Shown: piece after piece, positions 1 through 11,567 of the stretch
Position numbering within the stretch: the first letter of the stretch is position 1
How the letters are laid out: each line of letters begins with the position of its first letter
NCBI GenBank assembly: GCA_019828565.1
Contig: JAHDYR010000011.1
Coordinates: forward strand, 319,072 to 383,071
Length of the DNA: 64,000 bases
Source: Carpediemonas membranifera BICM
Taxonomy: Eukaryota; Protista; Fornicata
Reading direction: 5' to 3'
Program-made: the position numbers and the translations under genes
Notes under the pieces: generated by a model
Database searches by the model: none
Told to the model about the DNA's origin: nothing
What the model saw: only the letters and a program-made list of their open reading frames with translations

Positions 1-1252
1 CATACTTGGTCGTGTCAACGCACCTGACGTCGCATGACTCGTACCATAGACCAGTCAGGAAGTATTCAACGAGACTAGTCTTCAGAGGATTGTTGCAAGG
101 ATAAACTGCGTCGTCGCCTGGACAATAGTTGCCGACTGGGCAGGCTGTGCACGGGTCGGCGCTGCTCAGGCGATATTCCCCGATCTCGCAGGCTGCGGTG
201 TGGGAGATCACGGTTTTGGCAGGAATATTCGGGGTGTATCTGTTGTACGACCGCTGTGTCATTGTGCCAGGTGCCCCACCAGTCAACTCGACGCCGTCAC
301 CGGAGGTCGAGTAGAGCGTTGTGCTGGCGGTCATAGCCGCAGACAGGTCGCCTGTGTATGGCTGGCCGGCTGAAATGAGTGATTCAAAATGGCAACGACC
401 GGCCGACTCGACGGCGAGTGCTGGCACGAAGTTGTTACCCGCAGTACAAGCGGCGGTGAGCAGGCTGCCGAGGTTTGTTGTCGCGGTCGTCTCGCACGCG
501 CTGAGGCCCATGGAGTAGGAACTGACGCTGTCGACGATATCGCGTGCCTTGACGAGCTGATTCTCCACCCAGGAGTCGTCGATCGTGCAGGTCGGGTCAT
601 ATATGCAAGATATTGAGTGATTCAAAGCCAGCGCGACAGCAGTCAGGCCTTGAGCGGTGAGCAGACCAACGACACCAGCTAGACCGTCTTCTGCATAGAT
701 TTCAGAAACGGCGGAGCTGCTTTCGGTGGTTACAGCGGCAATGGCGGCCTCAGTGTCAGCCGTGGAGCCGCACTGGGCGCTAAGGATGGCGTTGCATGGG
801 ACTGTGGTGGTCTTGCATACTGTGGCAGTGAACCGATGCAGGTCTGAGAACATTGCGGCCGTGATCGACTTGGCCTCGGTGATCTCATTGGTTGCGTCGT
901 CTTCGGCGAGGGAGGCCATAAAAATGACGAGATCGGCAAGCTCAGGCATAGCTCTGAATGCATTGTACGCGGTTGTGGCGTCGGACAGTGCACTCCTGAA
1001 GCCATTGGCGGAGCAAACGGAGGAAGAGTCGCCAGTAAAGCCGAGAGCAATCAAAGAATAGGGTGTTAGGTCCACCGATGAACCACTGAAGCTGCATTCA
1101 CCTGATGATAGCGAAATGGCGGGAGAAAAAGTGCTGGACAACAGTGCTGCGTCCCCATGGAGCTCGACAATCGCTCTGGAGATAGGATGATTGTACACAT
1201 TCACTGCGCCCAAGCAAAGGGATATAGTAAGCAATGCAACAAGGAGGCGCAT
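1..1252 (-). CDS. Secreted/surface cysteine-rich protein, runs off the window start (3' partial)
   Basis: Manual translation from ATG 1252 (MRLLVALLTISLCLGA, signal-peptide-like) stays open to base 1. It ends in CEIGEY..CTACPVGNYCPGD..YPC, a GCC2/3- or ephrin-receptor-like Cys repeat. Missing from the ORF track because no stop lies in the window. Confidence 0.75.
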   Translation of the reverse strand, partial: MRLLVALLTISLCLGAVNVYNHPISRAIVELHGDAALLSSTFSPAISLSSGECSFSGSSVDLTPYSLIALGFTGDSSSVCSANGFRSALSDATTAYNAFRAMPELADLVIFMASLAEDDATNEITEAKSITAAMFSDLHRFTATVCKTTTVPCNAILSAQCGSTADTEAAIAAVTTESSSAVSEIYAEDGLAGVVGLLTAQGLTAVALALNHSISCIYDPTCTIDDSWVENQLVKARDIVDSVSSYSMGLSACETTATTNLGSLLTAACTAGNNFVPALAVESAGRCHFESLISAGQPYTGDLSAAMTASTTLYSTSGDGVELTGGAPGTMTQRSYNRYTPNIPAKTVISHTAACEIGEYRLSSADPCTACPVGNYCPGDDAVYPCNNPLKTSLVEYFLTGLWYESCDVRCVDTTKY

Positions 1253-1518
1253 TGGCTACCTTCAGGAACTGCTCGTTGGAAATTTTCGAGCGATCATCTT
1301 CCACTCTCGGGCAAAACTGCGACCGACTTCTAAATCATCTTTTCTCCGCGAGGAAAGTGGTCGTGATAGTCTCGCAGGGTCAGTGAGCTCCAAGCACGAA
1401 GCAGCAATCAGATTTTCTTGCACGGTTGAACCGCCCCGGCGCCTCTGCTCATCAGAGCAACAGTTATAAGATGATTTACCGGAGAAAAATGCACGAGCAG
1501 GGCAAATACCAGAGTCGG

Positions 1519-2231
1519 CTACGTCCGGCTTACCTCAGGAGGCATCACATGCCGAGCCAGCCCGTTCAGCGTCGTCTCGATCGACCCCGTCTGGCTCGTT
1601 AGCCAGCTCGTTGCACTCATGAAGACCTTGATATTCTGGGAAATCTGATTAATATCGGGCGAATCTGGGGTTTTGATTGTCTTAACAGTGAGTTTTTTGG
1701 GAAAGTCCGGAAGTGGATTGGGGGAGGCCCGATTTGCCTCGATTGCCCTAGCCAGCTCGCGGGCAGCCAGGAGCTCGCAGTTAGAGTCACCAACAGAGAT
1801 GAAAGTGACTGATTCGCTCTTGGCCGACTTGACGAGGTGGATGAAGCTCATGAGCTTCCAAACGACATAGGCAGACTCTCCGTGCTTCTCAACAGAGTAG
1901 CGGCTTCCAAACATCTCTCTAGCAGAGATGATTTGGACTCTATCCATGAATTGCGAGAGGGAGGGACAGAATCGTTCGATGGACGAAAGAACCCAACGGG
2001 CTCTGGCGTTGGTGATAATACTGATAATGGCATTAGGGATTGTGAATAAGTTAGAGAGGAGTGAATGGAGAGTGGTTTCAAGCTTGCGGACGGATTCTTC
2101 AACCTGTGAGGACTGAGCTTCGTTCGAATCCAATGATGCCGCCCATTTCGATGGGAAAATTGTCTCATCCCAGTCTGATATAAGCTTGTATAGCAAGGAA
2201 ACGAACCAAGCGCTACGATAAGACGATCCAT
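1519..2231 (-). CDS. HAD-superfamily-like protein (DWDxT family), two exons
   Basis: Removing a 32-nt GT..CAG intron (2206-2175) gives MDRLIVALDWDETIFPSKW. Later motifs are IITNA, IISAR and ISVGDS..E. Confidence 0.7.
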
Positions 2232-2464
2232 TGCCAAAATTGTGCTTGATGTTTGTTTCTAGAATTGCAAGCGCGCGAATATCTGCCGCGGCTAAATCTG
2301 GATGATCGCCCAAATAACCACGGAGAGGCTTGCCCAACCACTCTGACGATGCCTGGACGCCCGATTTCGCAGACTCTCCGGATGTTCAAAAAAAACATTT
2401 GATTGTTTCATTGATTTTCACCGCCATTCTCACCGTAACAACAGGATTTAATACCTGGCTCAAA

Positions 2465-5400
2465 CTACTCCCACGAATCGCCGAACTCGTGACTCACACT
2501 GCCGATTTCAACGTCGAATGGACCCTCCAGGACCCGGCATGCGCGCCTGACAGTCGTAAACTCTACAACCTTACCGCCTGGTGCCTGCTCGGCAGGATTC
2601 CTGCCCGATATATCCTTGAAAAGATGGAATATCTCACCAACCCACATTGATTCTCTCGAGGGGTCGAAACTGCGGGAGGACGCGAGTCTTTCGATGCTAT
2701 CATCAATCATCTCTGTGATCTTCGCGGCTTGGGCAAGATCATCCACGTGCAAAGTATCCAGATGGAATGACTCGGATCCGCCGTTCTCTCGGCGTATGTA
2801 TATGGTCGTAACAACACCCGCGCCATCGAGATAGGCCTTAAAATGCACGCTATCAGGATCGAATATGGCGAGAAGTACAGTTAGCAGCGACTGGGGCAGC
2901 TGGAGCACGTGCACTGCATCCAGCAACCTAAGCACATTCCTCTCGCTTAGCTGGGACTGTGACAGTGCCAGCGGCAGCAGGTACTGGTCTGTCGAATCGA
3001 GGGCGACTGCTCGCCGTCTCAGGACGGAGTGTACGCCAACCTGGCCGTTAGTGGAGAGTTCTTTGAGATTCCTGAACGCGAACGGGACTACTAGCGTCTC
3101 TGGGTCAGGGTTGTTGCTGCCGCTGTCCCCGCTCTCGAAGTCCCGCATGCCTGGTTCGCAAGTCTTTCTATTAAAACCAGACACGTGCTGGGGGCATGGG
3201 AACACAATGCGGTCGTCAAGAACACCGGTAGACAGTGTGGCCAGAGTGGTCAGGGAGCCAGTGAGGAGGGTCAGCGGGGCTGTGTATCGCCCAGGTCGGC
3301 TCGGCAGGGGCGGGGCTGGGTCAGCCATGTTGAACAGCAGCGCCGTGAGACGAGGGGCCTTGGATCCGGTAGGCTGGACCACGCGGGCAATGACACAGCC
3401 AATCGAGTGGCCCTGAGGTGAAGGACGAAGCACCCCGCGGTTCCTATCGTAGCTCGTGTTCAAGAGGAGCTCGGCGGCTGATTCCCAGAACCCGGGGCTC
3501 GTGAGGATCTCGGGGTGCGCGTCAGTGGTCTCACACGAGAGCTCGTGGAGACGGAGCTCAAGTGCTGGTGACTCGTTGACGAAGTCAAGAATATCCATTC
3601 CAGATCTTTGGAGATACGTTCTGACTGCAGGACCAATCTTGATCTTGTCAACATCTTCTTGGAACTTCGGCTTGAGATCTACTGGCCTCGGTGTGGCGTT
3701 GAGGACCTGCAATGATCTGAGACCACTGAGCATCGCACCGCTGAGCAGAGCGGCACCGTGGTCAGACGTAAACATGTGGCCCTGCATGTCGACTCCTCGC
3801 TTGAACAGAGGGGCAAAAACCTGGGCGATTCCCCGGCTCGTGGCCGGGGGGAAGGCCCTGTCAATACTGGACGTTACAGAACGAAGCTGAGACAGGAAGG
3901 AGAGGAATAGGTCCTTCTTGAGGCCGTGGCGGGCGTAGAAGCTGTCGTTTCGGTCGCCAGAGTTGTAAGCCTCGAGGAGTTCACACATAGCTTGGACATC
4001 GCTCGTGGCCACGTCCCCAGTCATGAAGGGCGTCGGCTCAGAGTTCGGGGGTCGACCGATGGTGCTGTATCGCATGCTCTGGGCCGCGTACATCTCGGGA
4101 TGGGGGTCAAACCTCCAGCTGCCGAGGACGAATGGGAGTCTGCCAGCCACGTTGATCGTGGCAGCCACTGCAACTGTACGGATTAGCGCAGGGTCTCCTG
4201 AGGCAACGGAGTGCACCACCATGGCGCAGAGGGAGGCGGAGAGCGCGAGAGAGCAGGCAACCCTCCCAACGGGGGTGATGGAGGTTTGCTCATCATGCTC
4301 AGAGGTCACAAAGCCATGTATCCAATCATTATGCAGCGCTGTGCCCAGCCTGTACGTCTCCGGGGCCTCCAGAAGCTGGCTGAGCGTCTGACCCGGCGTC
4401 TCGCCCGGGTTAACCATGAGCAGTTTAAGGACGACTGTCTCGAGGGGCAGCGCCTGGATGACCGACATGGGGTTGGCCGGCATGACCCTATCGAAGAACC
4501 AGCGGGGGTAGAGGCGCACACACAGGCCGGGGCAGACCCTGCCTGTACGGCCGCGCCGCTGCAGGGCGGACGACTGTGAGATCCAGGTCGGCCTGAGGAT
4601 TATGTTGCCCTGGGGGTCGCCCACGGGCCTCTTAGCGACGCCTGTGTCGATGACCGTGGTGACGTTGGGGATGGTGACAGAGGTCTCGGCGATGGTCGTG
4701 GCCAGGATGACGTGTGTCTTGCCGGGCTGGGGCACCGCGAAGACGTCGTCGTCGAACTCGACCTCGCTGTGGAACTGGTAGAGCACGACTGATGGATCAT
4801 CGAGCATGTCAACGAGCTCACCGAACACAGTCTCGATCGCCTGAAGCCCGGGCAGGAATACGAGGACGGTGGTGCCCTCGGGGCTGCTAGGATGAGCCAT
4901 CCGTTGCCGGACTATGCCGCAGATGAGGGGTGCCCACAGTCTTGTCACGGACGATGAGAAGAGCAGGCTTTCAACCTTTCGCTCAAAAGCACCCTCAGGC
5001 AGGCCTCTGAAGTCGAAGTTGTCCAACATCGATCTGGTCGATCGTACTCTGCCCAAATCATCAGTCCGACCAATATCATCGAGGAAAAGATCTGTCACAT
5101 CGTGAACATGGCGATCGAGACAGAGAGGAGGCTCAGGGACATCAGCACATAGGACATTGAAGTACTCAGTAAACAGCCCAACGTTGACTGTGGCTGACAT
5201 CAGCACGAGGCGGGTCTGGGCGAGGTCGGCCCGCATCATGGTTCGGCGGACAATGAAGAAGAGAATGTCAGGGTCAACATCCCTCTCATGGATCTCGTCG
5301 AGGACTACGTGAGTGAAGTTCGCGAGGTACGTGGGGTTGTGCACTAGCATCTGGAGCAACCATCCAGTGGTCGAAAACTGCACAGTCAGAGTCTTTGAGT

Positions 5401-5932
5401 CGCCCTTGTGGTCGTCCTTGATATAATAGCCCACACGGCAGTCGGGATCGCCCAGAGTGCTGACCCACTCCTCTGCTATGCGCTGGGATACCTTGGTGGC
5501 GGCTTTGCGGCGTGGCTGAGTGCAGAGGACCCTTGCTCCGTCACAACACTCGGCAATATAGCGCGGAATGCGTGTGGACTTGCCTGAGCCGGTGGAAGCC
5601 TGTATAACAGTGACGCGCTGTGTCTGGATCGTCCTGAGTATGTCCACGGCCATGTCGTCCACGGGGAGGGGAACGAGGTCTCGGCGAATAGCCTGCACAT
5701 GGTGTGAGAGGCTCTCAACGTCTATACTTGGGGCAGTGAAGGTAGAACGATATGTTTTCAAGTTTGGCTCCTTCCGAGAGCGTCTAGTGTCGTTCTGACG
5801 GCGTTCCCTGATCGATGAGTCGCTGCCCCAGTCGCTGCACCGCTTAGGGCCATTCCTTGCGCGATTCGAACCACCCGTGTTCCTCCTATCCCTCCAATCG
5901 CCTCTACAATCCGCAGATAGCTCTCTGGGCAT
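2465..5932 (-). CDS. DEAH/RHA-family RNA helicase
   Basis: GSGKST, TQPRR, DEIHER, MSAT, FLPG, TTIAETSVTI and QRRGRTGR motifs in a 1155-aa ORF. Confidence 0.93.
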   Translation of the reverse strand: MPRELSADCRGDWRDRRNTGGSNRARNGPKRCSDWGSDSSIRERRQNDTRRSRKEPNLKTYRSTFTAPSIDVESLSHHVQAIRRDLVPLPVDDMAVDILRTIQTQRVTVIQASTGSGKSTRIPRYIAECCDGARVLCTQPRRKAATKVSQRIAEEWVSTLGDPDCRVGYYIKDDHKGDSKTLTVQFSTTGWLLQMLVHNPTYLANFTHVVLDEIHERDVDPDILFFIVRRTMMRADLAQTRLVLMSATVNVGLFTEYFNVLCADVPEPPLCLDRHVHDVTDLFLDDIGRTDDLGRVRSTRSMLDNFDFRGLPEGAFERKVESLLFSSSVTRLWAPLICGIVRQRMAHPSSPEGTTVLVFLPGLQAIETVFGELVDMLDDPSVVLYQFHSEVEFDDDVFAVPQPGKTHVILATTIAETSVTIPNVTTVIDTGVAKRPVGDPQGNIILRPTWISQSSALQRRGRTGRVCPGLCVRLYPRWFFDRVMPANPMSVIQALPLETVVLKLLMVNPGETPGQTLSQLLEAPETYRLGTALHNDWIHGFVTSEHDEQTSITPVGRVACSLALSASLCAMVVHSVASGDPALIRTVAVAATINVAGRLPFVLGSWRFDPHPEMYAAQSMRYSTIGRPPNSEPTPFMTGDVATSDVQAMCELLEAYNSGDRNDSFYARHGLKKDLFLSFLSQLRSVTSSIDRAFPPATSRGIAQVFAPLFKRGVDMQGHMFTSDHGAALLSGAMLSGLRSLQVLNATPRPVDLKPKFQEDVDKIKIGPAVRTYLQRSGMDILDFVNESPALELRLHELSCETTDAHPEILTSPGFWESAAELLLNTSYDRNRGVLRPSPQGHSIGCVIARVVQPTGSKAPRLTALLFNMADPAPPLPSRPGRYTAPLTLLTGSLTTLATLSTGVLDDRIVFPCPQHVSGFNRKTCEPGMRDFESGDSGSNNPDPETLVVPFAFRNLKELSTNGQVGVHSVLRRRAVALDSTDQYLLPLALSQSQLSERNVLRLLDAVHVLQLPQSLLTVLLAIFDPDSVHFKAYLDGAGVVTTIYIRRENGGSESFHLDTLHVDDLAQAAKITEMIDDSIERLASSRSFDPSRESMWVGEIFHLFKDISGRNPAEQAPGGKVVEFTTVRRACRVLEGPFDVEIGSVSHEFGDSWE

Positions 5933-6247
5933 TGCTTTGGTGAGAATGGAATAGCGCGCACTTTATGGCAGGTCGCGTCTGTGACGCCTGAAGGCATCCT
6001 GGAGTTCAGCACAGTGTGCTTGAGTGCTATTGAACCTACTTCTACGAAACAACACGACGTTGCTCTGATATAAAAGATGCGCCTCACGTAGACCAGAGCA
6101 GTGTTAACCCTCGGCAAGAGCTTTTGATGCATGATATGCATGTGCCGGTTACCGCATGGCCTTTCTTCCTGTCCTCTTGGTGTGATACATGCCTCATGTA
6201 TTCATGTAATACCAGGTACAGCTGAAGACAGCAATCCGCATCGCGCC

Positions 6248-6985
6248 ATGGATCTCAAATCGCTCAGCGGAGATGAATTGGCTGCATTAGTAAGCAGCTG
6301 GAAGTCCGCGCAAGATCCCAAGGGCCGTACATACTTCTACCACGCCGAGACGAGGAAAACCGCCTGGGTGCTCCCAGATGAGGTCATAGCGGCCCAGGAC
6401 GAGATCAAGCGAAGAGAAGAGAGGAGAGCGACTACTGTGAAGCGCAAGCCTGAGCCTGTTGCTTCCTTGAAACGCGCGAAGAAGAGCGACGAATCTGCTG
6501 AGGCCAGCACTCAGAAGCCACGGCAAGTTAAGCACCAGCAGAAGCTTTGGAAGGAACACGGCCAGTATGCGGACCTCCGCGCGAAAAAGCAAGCTCTGAT
6601 CGACTTGCTCAACGGCATCGCCGCCAAAGATCCGAATGTCATCTTCAACCGGCCAACTGCTGAGATCACCGAGAGTGGAGAGTACAGAGCAGTCCCAGTA
6701 ACAGCACGTAATGCTGTACTGCGGCAATGGGTCCATCTCATGCGCCTTAGGGCACAGAAGACCCTGCCGGCCCTGAGTGAGCTGATCGCCCAGCTCGTGC
6801 CAGGCATTGAGGACGTCACATGGACCATGGCGAAGGAAACAGTGCTCACTAACGACCGTGTTATGCAGCACAGGCTCGAGGAGGGCGAGGTCATGGTCGA
6901 GTTCATGCGAGTCAAGGAGGCTAGGCACAATGAGCGGCGGGCACTGGAGAGACAGAGGGCGGCTGAAGCAATGGCCGAGCGGTGA
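6248..6985 (+). CDS. WW-domain protein, Prp40-like
   Basis: WKSAQDPKGRTYFYHAETRKTAWVLP is a WW domain, followed by helical regions that may be degenerate FF repeats. Likely start is ATG 6248. Confidence 0.7.
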   Translation: MDLKSLSGDELAALVSSWKSAQDPKGRTYFYHAETRKTAWVLPDEVIAAQDEIKRREERRATTVKRKPEPVASLKRAKKSDESAEASTQKPRQVKHQQKLWKEHGQYADLRAKKQALIDLLNGIAAKDPNVIFNRPTAEITESGEYRAVPVTARNAVLRQWVHLMRLRAQKTLPALSELIAQLVPGIEDVTWTMAKETVLTNDRVMQHRLEEGEVMVEFMRVKEARHNERRALERQRAAEAMAER

Positions 6986-7184
6986 GTGCGGGTGGTGTGT
7001 AGATTCGCGGTGAAGTCATAAAGTGCTCTTTTGTGATGAATGATGTTGGTTGGCGGCATCTTATGACGCGCGAGGCCTAACGAGGGTCCGCTCGTGGTTG
7101 GCCTCGTTTCGCTGCGATTGCCGTGTGATCAGCTCGTCGGGCTACTATACGAAATACACGAAGTCACAACATCTCGACGCTCAA

Positions 7185-10100
7185 ATGCCTGATTGGAAGC
7201 AAGCAATCGACATTATAGAGTCATTTTCAGGTATTAGTTCAGGCGAAGAGCTCGTTCCCGGAGATGGGTTCCTGAAGCACTCACCCGAGGACCCCGAAAA
7301 CCTCCTCGTAACGATTGACCACATCAGTATGCAGTACACGTGCTCTTTACCCAGTTGAGACCTTTATCGCACTTGCGCCGAACGATATAGACACGCTCGT
7401 GCGCCATGGCACGTTCATGCGCTTCCTCCTCCGCCTTTTGCACCTTCCGATGGTGGATGAGAGCGTCCAGTACGCCACCCTCTACCTTGTCACCGCCATC
7501 TCCCACCACTGCTCCTTCATCGTCTACCCCGAGCTCGCCGCCGTCTTTGCGCGCTTCCTTGCCCGCGGAAACTCTCTCTTGCAGTCCCGTGTCCTCTCCT
7601 GCATAATGGAGCTCGTAGACGCCTCAGACGACTTCTGCGACATCCTCCTATCCCAGGACGACATCATCTCCACCTGCATGGACATCATCACCCGGTCGTC
7701 GGCCACTATGGCCTCTCCGCTCCGTGTGTCCGCCCTCTGTGTCTGCGTGCAGATCCTGCGTCGGCCCACGTCCAGAAGCTTCCTCCTCCGCCGCTTCCCG
7801 GATGCTATGACCAATCTCTCCAGGTACGCCACCAAGCTCTACGCCGCAGGCCTCCTTGGCGGCCAATACGACGTCTCCGGCCTCCTCCTCGAAGCCCTTG
7901 CCCTCGCCTCTGAAGAAACAGCCCTCCCCGCCTCCCCCACCTGGCTCCCCGTGCTCTCCGGTCTGCTTGACACCGAAGACCCTAACGATCAGCTCCGGGC
8001 TCTCATACTGGTCAGGTCCCACTCGATGAGCGCCCCCGGGATGCTCAGTGATCCTAGTGCAGCCCCCCTGCTTGCTGTGATATGCTCATTGGCGTCCCCA
8101 TTCGTCCCGTCTGACACGTCTCTGCTCGCTCTGAGTATACTGGCCTCTGTGGCGTCCGAAGGCGAGCTCCCCTCCGCTCTAACTAGTTCAGACCTGCTTA
8201 GCAACCTCCTTGCGATCATTAGAAACCCGCCAACCGCCGTCCACGCCGAGAGGGCATCTGTCATGCTCCAAGCAGTCGCCTCGACCGACGGATTCATGGA
8301 TTCGATCGACCAGGTCGGCGACCTCTTCGACCACCTCAAGCACTTCGCCGAATCGTCCTCAGGCGAGACTAGACGCGCCTCCCTCACCATCCTGGGCCAG
8401 CTGGCGGCCGATCCTGCCAACGTACCCGCATTGGTGGACGCGGACCTGCTTTCTGTAGTGACCAAGCTCCTTGGCGGCACACCCACTATTGCAACAGTCG
8501 CTATACGCATCCTCCTATCCATCAGCAAGATCGACGCCTACTGCCCCGCCATCGTCGACGCCGGCGTCTTGGGCAAGGTCGCATCTTTACTCGACACCAC
8601 CCAGCCTGCCCTGGCCGCTGCTCTTGTCAGCCTACTCCTCAACTTGGCATCTGTCGCCTCTTTGCGCCACTCCATTGCCGATACGGCCCCCGTTCTGGAC
8701 TTTGTCAGCCGAATCCTTGCCGCTGACGTCCCATCGGCCGACAGCGACTCCGCCCCCCAGCTGACCGCGACGTCACTCCTCTGGCACCTCTCGTGCGACG
8801 TCAGCGCCCTTTCCGCCATCCGAGCTCACCCGACGATCCTCCCCGACACGATGCTCATGTGCCTGCGGGCTGAGTGCCGTCATCCAGCGTACCATGCAGG
8901 CCTTGTCTCCGTGCTGGCTAACATGTCGTCTCCCGAGTACATGCGAGAGAGTGTCCTCGTCCGCAGGCCTGTGCTCCTCGCAGTGACCCAGCTCGTCGAC
9001 AAGATCATGTGGAGTAGTGCGCCAACGTACGCCAAGGCCATGTGTAAGCCTGTCAGGACCCTGCTGGCGAACATGACGTCGTCCCACGCCACAGCTGTTG
9101 TCCAGACGGTCGGGGGCCGTGTGCCGCACGTCCTTTCGTTCCTTCTCAACAGTGGAGATCCAGATACGACGCTGGCGGCGTTAAGAATGCTCCATAACAT
9201 CACAGGCCCTGTACAGTCAGACGTGCTTGCTGCTGTGGCTGGGGCAATTGTCGAGTACAACCAGAAGGCAGCATTCTTTGTCGAAATGCTCGACACGTTC
9301 GTCGAAGGATGCCTACCAGGCACGGAAGAGGCGCTCCTTTCGGTCATCCGCAACCTCTCCAAGGTTGTGGCCCTCCGCACCCAGCTGTGTGAGACACCAG
9401 GCCTGCTCAACGTCATCACCAACGCCATTCACAGCGCACCCTCGACCAACCCAGCCATCTTCGGCCTCGACGCCCTCTGCAAGTTTGCCTTTGTCCCTGC
9501 TTGCCGCACCGTCCTCGTGCCCCACACGGCCCTGCTCCCAGTCCTAGGCCAGGCACTCCTCTCTGGCGAGCTCTCCGCGGTGCTGCCCGCTGCCACTACC
9601 TTATGGTGTCTATCCCTCCAGCCGGAAGCTAGACCTGTCTTGGTTAGAGCAGACGTGATCACACCCACGCTGATCGCCCTGGACCGCCTCCGAGCGGCTG
9701 AAAACATCCCTGCGGTCGTCCGGGCTGCTGAGGGCCTCCTCTCAACACTGTGGGACCTCTCCATGGAACCGAGCTCCCACAGAATATTCGCGCAGGCAAC
9801 CATCGCCCTGCCCCCGGCCTTGGCCTGGGCGATGAGCCTTGGCACACCGAAGGTCATCCGGGCGGCTGTATCCCTCCTTTCCCACCTCAGTAGCAGCAGA
9901 GAGCTCCACACGGCCCTCTGCACCGGCCCTGCCTTCGTTCCCATGGTTCACATGCTCGTCCTCGTTGGTCACTGCATATCTCCAGCTGAGGGCGCCGGTC
10001 TCACTGGTTTTGACCTGGACCCCGACGTGCTTGACAACATTCACCAGGCCCTCGAGGTGCTTGATCCATCTATGGTTACATCGATCCTCATTCCCCTGTC

Positions 10101-10914
10101 GAACACTCTTGCAAACCTCAGCGCTCGCGAGGAGGCAGCCCAGGCAATGGGCACTCCACCCGTGATTCGTGAGCTCCTCGCAGTGCTGCTGGCCTCCACC
10201 AACGACACGCTCATCCACACGGCAGCGGTTACAGTCCACAACGTCGCTTCCTCCCCCCACCGCCTCTCCATAGCAATGGATCCCGCCCTCGTGGCCGCGA
10301 TCATCAAGAGACTCGGCGCCCCAGGCGTACCGGACACCACATGCGGCCCCCTGGCACGCTCGCTGCCTTCCATCTCATACCAGACCGAGACCCACGAGCG
10401 TCTGGCCACCACTGAAGGGTTCATCGATACTTGTCTGGGTCTGATGCGAGTCGGGGGCGACTCCGAGCATCTACACATCGCAGGCGCCACTACGCTTTGG
10501 AACTTGTCCGCATCGGCCTCTGTGCACCAGATTATTGTTGCCCACGCAGGTCTGCTCGAGACAGTGGAGCAAGTCCTTCGCACAGCTGCGAGTGCCGCCC
10601 CGCAGCAGAGCATGAGTGCCAGGGACGTGCTGACTGCTGCCCGGGCCCCGATGACGGCCGAGGACGACGGTCATGCCCCACCTTCCGTTGTGGCATCGCT
10701 CAGCATGCTATCTAACCTCAGTACGAGCAGCCAGCATCGCTTAGCCATCGTCGCACGCCCTGTACTGCTTGAAAGCCTCGTATCCATGCTTCACCACCCT
10801 AGCAAGCAGGTGCGGGCACTCGCGAGGCAGTGCACGAGTCGGCTGTTTGATAGCGGGAGCGGGGGGACGCTACTACCCTACCTGGAGAGTCTCGTGCGGG
10901 GCATGAGGGGGTGA
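7185..10914 (+). CDS. Armadillo-repeat protein, two exons
   Basis: Repeated ARM-like helices (LWHLS, LANMS, LWCLS, LWNLS). A 28-nt GT..CAG intron (7327-7354) joins the ATG 7185 exon in frame to the 1199-aa ORF. Confidence 0.8.
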
Positions 10915-11567
10915 GAGTAAGTTGTTGTAAAATTACGAGATTTGTTGTGGTATGATGAAGTCTTGGCGTACATCTCAGACCTGGGGTAACACTCATCCAT
11001 TATCATGCCCTCTAGTTGTTTATGCAGTTTATGGGGATTCATGTAAAGGAGCCTTAAGCTGTCAGCCCCGGGATGAACTCCAGAAAACTGGACGGGTTCA
11101 GCCTGACGGCCCACCTGTCGTACACCAAAAGGGTAGCGGATATGAGGGCGTCGGCAATGGTAAGGGCAGACGGTTCTGGGCGGGATCTCGCTCCGGCGGA
11201 CGCCAGGAATGTGACGACCTTTATGAACAACACAGAATGCATTTCCTTCCTTCGATACCTGTCAGGGTCCCTCTGACAGTGGCTGCTCGTAAATTTCCGT
11301 TCATCATATCTCGTCTCCACATAGTCTCCACTGTGGAATTCCGAGTCCTTGACTCAGTGGTTCGACATCACACCACATTCACTAGCACCTATCCATCAGA
11401 CGAGACTGGGACTTGTTGGGAGTCGATGATATTAGGCAAAGAAGTGAAGTGAAGTGAATTGTTCGAGTTGGGGTCGCCCAAATGGACAGCGCACTCCTTC
11501 TCAAAACGCTTCATCTCCTCAGCCAGTCAATACTCTCTTAACCAGGATTTATAAACAACTGCGCACT

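Noticed and set aside
10952-11452. Short ORFs between the ARM gene and Dna2
   Set aside because: No recognisable motifs and no convincing exon model.
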